Below, in pieces: positions 1-7,409 of a stretch of DNA of 14,354 bases. The notes under the pieces are model-generated. The model was not told the origin of the DNA. It worked only from the letters and a program-made list of their open reading frames with translations, and made no database searches. Source of the DNA: Chthonomonas calidirosea (GTDB lineage: Bacteria; Armatimonadota; Fimbriimonadia; Fimbriimonadales; Fimbriimonadaceae); contig CAMAPH010000054.1 of assembly GCA_945859975.1 (NCBI GenBank), positions 1 through 14,354 on the forward strand. Direction: 5' to 3'. The position numbers and the translations under genes were made by a program. How positions within the stretch are numbered: position 1 is the first letter of the stretch; every line of letters begins with the position of its first letter.

Positions 1-986
1 GACTTCTTGTCGCTTTCCGTGGCCTTGGAAACCGTCGCCCCGACAACCATGTCCACCGGATGGATGGAAACGCGCCAACCTTCTCCAAGCTTTGAGACCG
101 ACTGATGCTCATCGGACTTCACGAGGTTCATGTCCCCGCCTTCCACATCTAAAGTCAGAAGCTTCAGGTTGCGGGCATCTTCGATCGGGTCCGGGACCGG
201 AACGCGGGTGACATCGGCAAGGTCCACGGCCAGACCGGTTGGCTTTGCGAGCGCATCATTTTTTGGCAACGAGCGGATTTCAATTCCAAGCGCGCTTTCG
301 GCCCGAATGAGATCACCTTTGGAACTCAAGTACACCTTCGTGGAAACGCGTGGATCGATGATCTCCACAAAGTCGGCCGTTACTTCGCCAGCTTCCGTGC
401 TGATCTTGACCTTGCCTCGATACTTCACTTCGTTCTCAATGAACGAGACGGTCATTGGGTCGAGAACCCAGAACTTCGTGCTTTCGCCTGCCTTCAACCG
501 GCCAGATGCAACCAGCGGGAGTGGGTCGTCGATGATAAAACCGGTTTTCGGCACGGGAATGCGCGAAGTCGTCTTTTTGCCGATATTGTCGACAACAATC
601 CGGACTGTCTTGCCTTCAAAAATAGCTTCAACGTTCTGAGTCAGGCCCGCACTTGCAACCTTGAACCGCATTTGGAAAGGCGTTCCGTTTGGACTGGTCC
701 AAGTCTTGCTGTCCAAACGCAGATTGAGCGCCGCCCCGATGAGTTCGGCATTCATCACCGTGGTCGAGTCCGTATAGATCGCAGGCTTGTTGTTCCACGT
801 CGATTGCGAAGTTTTGGAGGAGGTGTAGCCGATGCGCTGACCCTTGGCGAAGAGGCCAAAGTACTGCGTTTCGGCGCTCGGCTGGCGAGCGGTGTTCGGT
901 CGATTCGCGATCGGCGAGGCGCCGATAGACAGAAGGGCTCCCGCGATAACGAGAAGGGGTGCAAATTGTCGCCTGAATCCGTTCAT
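1..986 (-). CDS. Secreted protein, probably transglutaminase-like domain-containing (partial; 3' end lies beyond the left edge)
   Basis: Manual translation from ATG at 986 is open for 328 codons to the window edge: MNGFRRQFAPLLVIAGALLSIGASP...ETQYFGLFAKGQRIGYTSS...KFWVLDPMTVSF...KVYLSSKGDLIRAESALGIEIR...VDLADVTRVP...SDEHQSV. It has a signal-peptide-like N-terminus and GAGG about 10 nt upstream. The 'YFGLF..G.RIGY' and 'F.V.DP.T' pattern resembles the N-terminal beta-rich region of secreted bacterial transglutaminase-domain proteins. The catalytic Cys-His-Asp domain is not in the window, so the product call is inference; the CDS itself is well supported. Confidence 0.65.
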   Translation of the reverse strand, partial: MNGFRRQFAPLLVIAGALLSIGASPIANRPNTARQPSAETQYFGLFAKGQRIGYTSSKTSQSTWNNKPAIYTDSTTVMNAELIGAALNLRLDSKTWTSPNGTPFQMRFKVASAGLTQNVEAIFEGKTVRIVVDNIGKKTTSRIPVPKTGFIIDDPLPLVASGRLKAGESTKFWVLDPMTVSFIENEVKYRGKVKISTEAGEVTADFVEIIDPRVSTKVYLSSKGDLIRAESALGIEIRSLPKNDALAKPTGLAVDLADVTRVPVPDPIEDARNLKLLTLDVEGGDMNLVKSDEHQSVSKLGEGWRVSIHPVDMVVGATVSKATESDKK

Positions 987-1064
987 GATTTAACGCCTCA
1001 CAAGGCATGCGCATCCAATGCGCGACATTCAAGACGAAGCAACAGGCAAGGACTTCGCCGGAGA

Positions 1065-1093
1065 ATTCACAATGTTCAGCCGATATCCGTCAA
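1065..1093 (-). promoter_or_regulatory. Promoter-like element TTGACG-N17-GTGAAT facing the transglutaminase-like gene
   Basis: Near-consensus -35 (1088-1093), exact 17-bp spacer, non-canonical -10 (1065-1070). Mirrors the element facing topA. Confidence 0.4.
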
Positions 1094-1117
1094 AACGAGG
1101 CAATTCAGCGTAGACCT

Positions 1118-1146
1118 TTGACAGACTAGGCGAAGCTGGTGTGACT
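1118..1146 (+). promoter_or_regulatory. Promoter-like element TTGACA-N17-GTGACT upstream of topA
   Basis: Perfect -35 TTGACA (1118-1123), 17-bp spacer, non-canonical -10 GTGACT (1141-1146). A separate TAACTT hexamer at 1168-1173 could be a second -10. Confidence 0.45.
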
Positions 1147-1194
1147 TTTCGTATCGGCTCGTACTCGTAACTTCGGACACTTCCGCAAAACTCC

Positions 1195-3936
1195 ATGGCA
1201 ACCAAACTCGTCATCGTAGAATCGCCCGCCAAGGCAAAGACCATCGGCAGCTATCTCGGCTCGGACTATGAAGTCCATGCCAGCATCGGGCATATCCGAG
1301 ATTTGATGCCCAATGCCAAAGGGCTTCCCGACGATCTTCGGAAGAAGTGGTGGTCCGACTATGCGGTCGATGTGGACAACGGATTTGAACCTTTCTATGA
1401 GGTTCCGCCCGAGAAAGCGGCGCAGGTGAAAAAGCTTCGAGATGCGATGAAGGGCAAAGACACCCTCGTCCTCGCGACGGATGAAGACCGAGAAGGTGAG
1501 GCCATTTCCTGGCACCTTCTCCAAGTGCTGAAGCCCAACAAGTCGGTCAAGGTTCAGCGAATTGCCTTCCACGAAATCACGCGAGATGCTATCCAGCGAG
1601 CCCTTCAGGCGCCCCGAGACATCGATGGTCACCTTGTCGAGGCTCAGGAAACTCGGCGAATTCTCGACCGACTGTACGGCTACACCCTTTCCCCGGTCCT
1701 TTGGTCGCGGGTGATGAAGAACCTGAGCGCGGGCCGCGTTCAGAGCCCGGCGGTAAAGATCATCGTCGAGCGCGAGATGGAGCGGAAGAACTTCCGCAGC
1801 GCAACTTACTGGGACCTGAAAGCCGAATTTGAGGCAAGCGAGCAGAAGTTCCAAGCCGAAATGAAAGAGGTTGATGGCCTGCGCGTTGCCAACGGATCTG
1901 ACTTCGAGGACACGACCGGTCAACTGCGAGACGGCCGCGTGGACAAGGTGCTTTGGATATCCCAAGAGCGAGCCGCCGAGCTTGCCGGACTCGCAAAGGA
2001 AGCGAAACCGTACGTCGTTTCGCGACTCGATACGACCGAAGGCACGGAAAAACCGGCGCCTCCGTTCATGACCACGACTCTCCAGCAGGACGCAAACCGA
2101 AAGTTTGGCTACGCGGCCGACCGTACGATGCGCATTGCGCAGACCCTCTACGAAGGCGTCGACCTCGGAGGCGAGCAAGTTGGTCTCATCACCTACATGC
2201 GTACGGACAGCCTTAGCCTCAGCGCCGAAGCCATCAGCGGAATGCGCGCCTTCATCACGAAGAACTATTCCGACTGTCTACCGGCCAAACCGGTGCAGTA
2301 CACCAGCAAAGTCAAGAACGCTCAGGAAGCTCACGAAGCCATCCGACCAACGGATGCGAATCGTAGACCGCAGGACGTTGCCCGGTATCTCAATGACGAT
2401 CAGCTCAAGATCTACACCCTCATCTGGCAGCGCGCGATTGCTTCGCAGATGCTCCCGAGCCGAGTGTTGCGAACCGAAGTTGACGTCACGACGCAGGCCG
2501 AGAACACGGCGCTCACCTTCCGAGCGAGCGGTAAGCAGGTTCTGTTTGATGGCTTCCGCCGCCTTTACACGGAGACAAGAGAAGAGGAGGCCGAACCGGC
2601 GGATCGCATGTTGCCGCGACTATCCGAAGGCATGGAAGTGGCCCTCAGCGATCTCAACGAGCAGATTCACGAGACAAAGCCGCCAAGCCGCTTCACCGAT
2701 GCGACGCTGATTAAGAAGTTGGAAGAGATGGGCATCGGTCGCCCGAGCACATACGCCAGCATCATCTCGGTCATCGTCGATCGTGGCTATGTTCGAAAGG
2801 CGGGTCGGCAGCTTGTCCCGACTTTCCGTGCCTTCTTCGCCTTCCAAGTTCTAGAAAACAACTTCCAAGAACTCATGGACCTCGGCTTTACCGCGCGAAT
2901 GGATGAAGTTCTGGACGAAATTTCGGAAGGAAAAGAGAACTCAAAGAGCTACCTTGATGGATTCTTCCTGGGCGAGCGCGGACTTAAGACCTTGGTTGAT
3001 GCGCGAAAGCGCGAAATCGCGTATCCGAACGTGCTCGTGGGCCAGCACCCCGAAGATGCAGCGGACATCATTGTTCGAAATGGCAAGGACGGTCGACCGT
3101 TCCTACAGCACGGCGACGCCACGACAAAGCGATTTGCCGATATTCCCGACGATGTCGCTCCTGCTGACCTGACGGTAGATATGGCGGTCGAACTTCTAAA
3201 CAAGAAGTCCGCCCCGGCCGAGAGCATCGGCTTTGATCCGACGACCGGCAGACGCTTGATCCTCAAGTATCGCCAGGGCTACTACCTCGAAGTCGAGCGG
3301 ACCCCAGAGGAAGTTGAGAACAAGGTGAAGCCAACCTGGGTTTCGCTTCCGCCGGACGCCGATCCGAAAACCCTCAGTCAGGAAGATCTGAACTATCTGT
3401 GCTCGCTACCGAAGACGATCGGCAAGCACCCGGATACGAACGCGGCGATCGAATTCCGAATCGGAAAGTTTGGCCCGTACCTGGAGTCGGGCGAAGAGCG
3501 GCGAACGGTAGAAGATTGGCGACTCGCGATGGACATCGACGTGGACCGCGCGGTCGAAATTTTGGCGATGCCAAGAGGTCGTCCGGTTCGAAAGGCATCC
3601 GCTCCGATCGCAGAGTTTGGCGAGATCGAAGGTGCGGCTGGACCAGTCAAGGTGCTCGCCGGTCGGTTTGGACCCTACGTTACAGATGGAACGACCAACG
3701 CGACGCTGCCGAAGGGCATCGACCCGGCGAAGTTCACCGCCGAAGAGGCCAAAGCGCTGCTAGACCGAAAGCGAGAAGCTGGACCAGCGGCTCCACGAAA
3801 GCCGGTGCGAAAGACGGCGAAAACGAAGAAGGCGGCCGCACCGAAGAAAGAGGCGGCTCCAAAGCCCGCCGCGAAAAAAGTGACCAAGGCCACCACCAAG
3901 AAGGCAAGCCATAAGAAGAAGTTGCCGAAGGCGTAA
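1195..3936 (+). CDS. topA: DNA topoisomerase I (type IA)
   Basis: TOPRIM motifs LVIVESPAKAKTI, GHIRDL and LATDEDREGEAISWHL; LSAGRVQS; catalytic Tyr in GLITYMRTDS; AQEAHEAIRPT; GIGRPSTYA. Four C-terminal repeats (G.HP...GKFGPY...LP......T...A..LL type) with no zinc-ribbon Cys, then a Lys-rich tail. Confidence 0.99.
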   Translation: MATKLVIVESPAKAKTIGSYLGSDYEVHASIGHIRDLMPNAKGLPDDLRKKWWSDYAVDVDNGFEPFYEVPPEKAAQVKKLRDAMKGKDTLVLATDEDREGEAISWHLLQVLKPNKSVKVQRIAFHEITRDAIQRALQAPRDIDGHLVEAQETRRILDRLYGYTLSPVLWSRVMKNLSAGRVQSPAVKIIVEREMERKNFRSATYWDLKAEFEASEQKFQAEMKEVDGLRVANGSDFEDTTGQLRDGRVDKVLWISQERAAELAGLAKEAKPYVVSRLDTTEGTEKPAPPFMTTTLQQDANRKFGYAADRTMRIAQTLYEGVDLGGEQVGLITYMRTDSLSLSAEAISGMRAFITKNYSDCLPAKPVQYTSKVKNAQEAHEAIRPTDANRRPQDVARYLNDDQLKIYTLIWQRAIASQMLPSRVLRTEVDVTTQAENTALTFRASGKQVLFDGFRRLYTETREEEAEPADRMLPRLSEGMEVALSDLNEQIHETKPPSRFTDATLIKKLEEMGIGRPSTYASIISVIVDRGYVRKAGRQLVPTFRAFFAFQVLENNFQELMDLGFTARMDEVLDEISEGKENSKSYLDGFFLGERGLKTLVDARKREIAYPNVLVGQHPEDAADIIVRNGKDGRPFLQHGDATTKRFADIPDDVAPADLTVDMAVELLNKKSAPAESIGFDPTTGRRLILKYRQGYYLEVERTPEEVENKVKPTWVSLPPDADPKTLSQEDLNYLCSLPKTIGKHPDTNAAIEFRIGKFGPYLESGEERRTVEDWRLAMDIDVDRAVEILAMPRGRPVRKASAPIAEFGEIEGAAGPVKVLAGRFGPYVTDGTTNATLPKGIDPAKFTAEEAKALLDRKREAGPAAPRKPVRKTAKTKKAAAPKKEAAPKPAAKKVTKATTKKASHKKKLPKA
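3781..3933 (+). repeat. Lys/Ala/Pro-rich low-complexity C-terminal tail of TopA
   Basis: GPAAPRKPVRKTAKTKKAAAPKKEAAPKPAAKKVTKATTKKASHKKKLPKA has 17 Lys in 51 aa, with repeated KK/AAKK/APK units. Confidence 0.9.
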
Positions 3937-3938
3937 CG

Positions 3939-4424
3939 ATGACGGTCAGTCAAATCGTACACGGGAGCCCAGAGTACGCCGCCGCCGTTGAACTCCGACG
4001 GCGGGTTCTTCGGCTGCCTTTGGGGCTAGATTTCACGGCTGCCGAATTGGCATCCGAAGCCGATCAATTTCACTTTGGTTTGTGGGACGGAGACGATCTC
4101 GTGGGTTGCTTAAGTCTCGTTCGCAACGGGCCATCACGGTTAGTTTCGAATCGTGACGAAGGAACGCTAGGTTGTGTCGAGGTCATCAAGTGGGAAAGCC
4201 AATTCAAAATGCGGCAAGTGGCGGTCTCTCCAGATCGACAGCGGCAAGGAATCGGGAAGCGTTTGGTCGAAGCGGCAGAAGCATTTGTTGATACCGGCGA
4301 AATCTCCCTTCACGCCCGAGAAGTTGCGGTCCCTTTCTACGAAGCGATGGGTTATGCAGCAGTAGGTGACCCCTTCTTAGAAGTAGGAATTCCCCACCTG
4401 AAGATGACAAAACGGGTCGGATAA
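3939..4424 (+). CDS. GNAT family N-acetyltransferase (YjcF/ElaA-like)
   Basis: ELRRRVLR.PLG at the N-terminus; MRQVAVSPDRQRQGIGKRL acetyl-CoA motif A; LHARE.AVPFYE.MGY; FLEVGIPHLKM. Starts 2 nt after the topA stop (TAAcgATG). Confidence 0.93.
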   Translation: MTVSQIVHGSPEYAAAVELRRRVLRLPLGLDFTAAELASEADQFHFGLWDGDDLVGCLSLVRNGPSRLVSNRDEGTLGCVEVIKWESQFKMRQVAVSPDRQRQGIGKRLVEAAEAFVDTGEISLHAREVAVPFYEAMGYAAVGDPFLEVGIPHLKMTKRVG

Positions 4425-4483
4425 CGTAAAAATACTGGCACCAGCCAACGGTTGAACCTGATTGCCGGGTAAAAGCACCGATC

Positions 4484-7390
4484 ATGCGTGGAAGTCTCGC
4501 GTTTCTAGCCCTTTCTCTTGTTTCGATTTCGATGCCTCAAGAGGGGCCTCGGCTCGATAAGAACGCGGAACGAACGAAGTTCCACCCGACGGCGGTCAAA
4601 GGAACCTCGGCCGCCGAAAGATTGGCCGCCCGCGATGCTCGCGAAAAGCTAAAGGCCGCAAGCTACTTTGGCGGAGTCAAGTGGAGAAATGTCGGCCCAG
4701 AGATTCAAGGTGGACGGGTCATTGACATTGAATCCCCGGCAAATGATCCAGATACGGTCTTCGTTGCGTTTGCAACCGGTGGATTGTTCCGTACCAAGGA
4801 CGACGGAATCACCTGGGAATCGCTGTTTGACGACCAGAGCACCTACGGCATCGGCGACATTGCGGTGAGCAAAGACGGCAAGACGCTCTGGGTCGGAGCA
4901 GGCGAATCCAACAGTCAACGAACCAGCTACGCCGGAACGGGAGTGTTCAAGTCGACCGACGCCGGCAAGACCTGGGCGAACGTTGGACTGCCCGAAAGCC
5001 ACCACATCGGCAAGGTCATCATTGATCCAAAGGACGAAAACACCGTTTACGTCGCGGTCCTTGGCCACCTTTATAGCCAGAACGAGGAGCGAGGACTCTA
5101 CAAAACGACCGACGGTGGCAAGACCTGGAAACTCATCCTCAAGTCGAACGAGTACACCGGCGCGATTGACGTGGTTCAGGATCCGACGAACCCAAGAATC
5201 ATCATTGCCAGCATGTGGGACCGGGATCGACGAGCTTGGAACTTCCGTGAGAGCGGCGAAGCCAGCGCGGCCTACCGCAGCGTCGATGGCGGCAACACCT
5301 GGGCGAAAATCACCGATCTTCCTACCGGGAACGCGGCTGGTCGAACCGGGCTTGCCCTTTGCCCCGGTAAGCCAAACGTGGTTTACGCATTTGTAGATAA
5401 CCAAGACATCGATCCAGATTGGAACTACCGAGACGAAAAACAGCCATCCGGTCGCTTAACGCCAAGTCGATTCTTGTTGCTGACCGACGAGACTTTGAAG
5501 CAACTGGAAGTAAAGCCGCTCGATGATTTCCTTCGAGGTTACGGACGGGCCGAGCTCAAAGCTTCCGAGGTCATCGAGCAAGCAAAGGCGGGCAAGATGA
5601 CCATCGCCGATGTGAAGGCAAAGCTGCTGGCCGCCTATCCCGACATGTTTACCGGCGATATTCTCCAGTCCGAGGTCTACCGCTCGGATGACAGCGGAAA
5701 AACGTGGAAGAAGCAAGCACCGATCGGCGGAATTGGTGGCTACTACTGGGGCAAGATTTTTGTTCACCCAACAAATCCCGATGAAGTGTTCATCACTGGC
5801 GTACCGTTGCTTCGCAGCCGTGACGGTGCCAAAACGTGGGAGAGCATTGCGGAAGATGCCCACGTGGATCATCACTCCGTGCTTCACAACGCGAAGAACC
5901 CGAACAAGGTTTGGATCGGCAACGACGGCGGCGTCTACCTGAGCTACGACGGCGGCACCACCGTTCGGCACATCAACAACCTGAGCCTGGCCCAGGCAAC
6001 CACGGTTGCGGTCGATAACAAGCGACCGTACAACATCATCGTCGGCAACCAAGACAACGGCACCATGCGAGGGCCAAGCACCTATGTACCAGGGCGATCC
6101 GACAAGTCCCTTTGGAAGGATCTGTTCGGCGGGGATGGCAGCGCGATCGCGGTCGATCCACGAAATGACGGGGACCTCGTCTACGTGGCCTACCAGTTCG
6201 GTCAGCACTTCGCGATTGACGCCGCGGCACCCCAAGCAAGACCCATAACGCCAAGGTCCGATATCCGAGGTCAGGAACTCCGATTCAACTGGATTTCGCC
6301 GCTGGTCATCAGCTCGCACCAGCCCGATATCCTGTACTTAGGTTCTCAAAAGTTGCACAGATCGTTTAACCAGGGTCGAAACTGGGAAGCGATTAGCGGC
6401 GACCTGACAAAGAACCGACCGAACGGCGATGTCCCCCACTCGACGATCAAAGACGTCAGCGAGAGTCCGCTCAAGTTCGGCCTGATCTACGTGGGAACCG
6501 ACGACGGCAACGTGCAAATGACGCCGAACGGTGGCTACTCCTGGACCAACATCAACACTCCAGCCCCCGATAAGTGGGTGACTCGAGTGGTCGCGTCGAA
6601 GTACGACGTGAACACCGTTTACGTTTCTCAAACCGGCTATCGAGAAGACGACTTCAAGGCATATCTCTGGAAATCAACCGACCAAGGAAAGTCATGGTCG
6701 AGCATCGCCAGTAATCTGCCAAACGAATCGATCGACGTAGTCCGTGAAGACCCCAAGGACAAGAACATCCTGTACGTCGGCACCGAGATGGGCGTGTACG
6801 TCACCTTCGATGGTGGAAAGGAATGGATGACCCTTCACGGCGGCTTGCCAAACTCCCCAGTTCACGATCTCGTTATCCAAGAACGCGCCGATGATCTCGT
6901 CATCGCGAGCCATTCGCGCGGAGCGTGGGTGCTGCCGCTGAAGTGGGTTCGCGCCGTGAAGCCAGACCTGACGAGCAAAGACCTCACGATCATCGACTTA
7001 GCCGATGTCCGAAGGCTGCCAACTTGGGGCTACCGACGAGGAGATGCTTGGAACTCAGCCGATCCAAACGCACCGATGGCAAGCGGAAACGTCTTTGCGA
7101 AAGAAGCCGGGAAGGCAACGGTTCGGTTGCTGGACAAGGACGGTAAGGTCGTCCACTCGCAAGATCTCGATCTCGTCCGAGGTTTCAATGCCGTGTCGTT
7201 CTCGCTAGAATTGGCGAAGGGCTCCAAGGCCCCGATTGACATCAAGGGAAGAAAGCCGAAGGATGCCAATGAAGTGTTGGCCGACCCGTTTGAGGCGCGA
7301 CGTCCGAAGTATGTTCCGGTCGGCGAATACACCCTTGAAATCGAACAAGCCGGTAAGAAAGTCACGAAGGCGTGGAAAGTAACGAGCTAG
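4484..7390 (+). CDS. Secreted BNR/Asp-box repeat beta-propeller protein (VPS10/GH74-like, usually annotated as glycosyl hydrolase)
   Basis: Signal peptide MRGSLAFLALSLVSIS; WRNVGP...GGRVIDI; about 11 Asp-box repeats (TKDDGITW, STDAGKTW, TTDGGKTW, SVDGGNTW, SDDSGKTW, SRDGAKTW, SYDGGTTV, SFNQGRNW, TPNGGYSW, STDQGKSW, TFDGGKEW); HVDHH and QDNG motifs; C-terminal Ig/FlgD-like segment (VRLLDKDGKVV...GFN...GEYTLEI). Confidence 0.88.
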   Translation: MRGSLAFLALSLVSISMPQEGPRLDKNAERTKFHPTAVKGTSAAERLAARDAREKLKAASYFGGVKWRNVGPEIQGGRVIDIESPANDPDTVFVAFATGGLFRTKDDGITWESLFDDQSTYGIGDIAVSKDGKTLWVGAGESNSQRTSYAGTGVFKSTDAGKTWANVGLPESHHIGKVIIDPKDENTVYVAVLGHLYSQNEERGLYKTTDGGKTWKLILKSNEYTGAIDVVQDPTNPRIIIASMWDRDRRAWNFRESGEASAAYRSVDGGNTWAKITDLPTGNAAGRTGLALCPGKPNVVYAFVDNQDIDPDWNYRDEKQPSGRLTPSRFLLLTDETLKQLEVKPLDDFLRGYGRAELKASEVIEQAKAGKMTIADVKAKLLAAYPDMFTGDILQSEVYRSDDSGKTWKKQAPIGGIGGYYWGKIFVHPTNPDEVFITGVPLLRSRDGAKTWESIAEDAHVDHHSVLHNAKNPNKVWIGNDGGVYLSYDGGTTVRHINNLSLAQATTVAVDNKRPYNIIVGNQDNGTMRGPSTYVPGRSDKSLWKDLFGGDGSAIAVDPRNDGDLVYVAYQFGQHFAIDAAAPQARPITPRSDIRGQELRFNWISPLVISSHQPDILYLGSQKLHRSFNQGRNWEAISGDLTKNRPNGDVPHSTIKDVSESPLKFGLIYVGTDDGNVQMTPNGGYSWTNINTPAPDKWVTRVVASKYDVNTVYVSQTGYREDDFKAYLWKSTDQGKSWSSIASNLPNESIDVVREDPKDKNILYVGTEMGVYVTFDGGKEWMTLHGGLPNSPVHDLVIQERADDLVIASHSRGAWVLPLKWVRAVKPDLTSKDLTIIDLADVRRLPTWGYRRGDAWNSADPNAPMASGNVFAKEAGKATVRLLDKDGKVVHSQDLDLVRGFNAVSFSLELAKGSKAPIDIKGRKPKDANEVLADPFEARRPKYVPVGEYTLEIEQAGKKVTKAWKVTS

Positions 7391-7397
7391 TCCGTCA

Positions 7398-7403
7398 TAC
7401 TCT
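7398..7403 (+). promoter_or_regulatory. -10 box TACTCT, 6 nt before the GTG start of the TerC gene (leaderless-type)
   Basis: TAnnnT in a 19-bp intergenic gap with no SD. The overlapping CATACT (7396-7401) is an alternative. Confidence 0.5.
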
Positions 7404-7409
7404 CATATC

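Noticed and set aside
130..1121. ORFs 130..639(+), 628..1032(-), 672..1121(+) and 755..964(-)
   Set aside because: Alternative frames of the real minus-strand CDS (986 to edge), with Ser/Arg-rich composition typical of shadow frames.
1053..1135. Long-range 7-bp inverted repeat CTTCGCC / GGCGAAG suggesting an ncRNA
   Set aside because: Short and GC-rich, with no supporting internal stems, so it is compatible with chance.
1126..2178. 350-aa minus-strand ORF opposite topA
   Set aside because: Codon-aligned antisense shadow of a conserved gene, with no recognisable motifs. Such shadows are common in GC-rich genomes.
7391..7409. yybP-ykoY Mn riboswitch upstream of TerC
   Set aside because: The gap is only 19 bp and no riboswitch consensus is visible.
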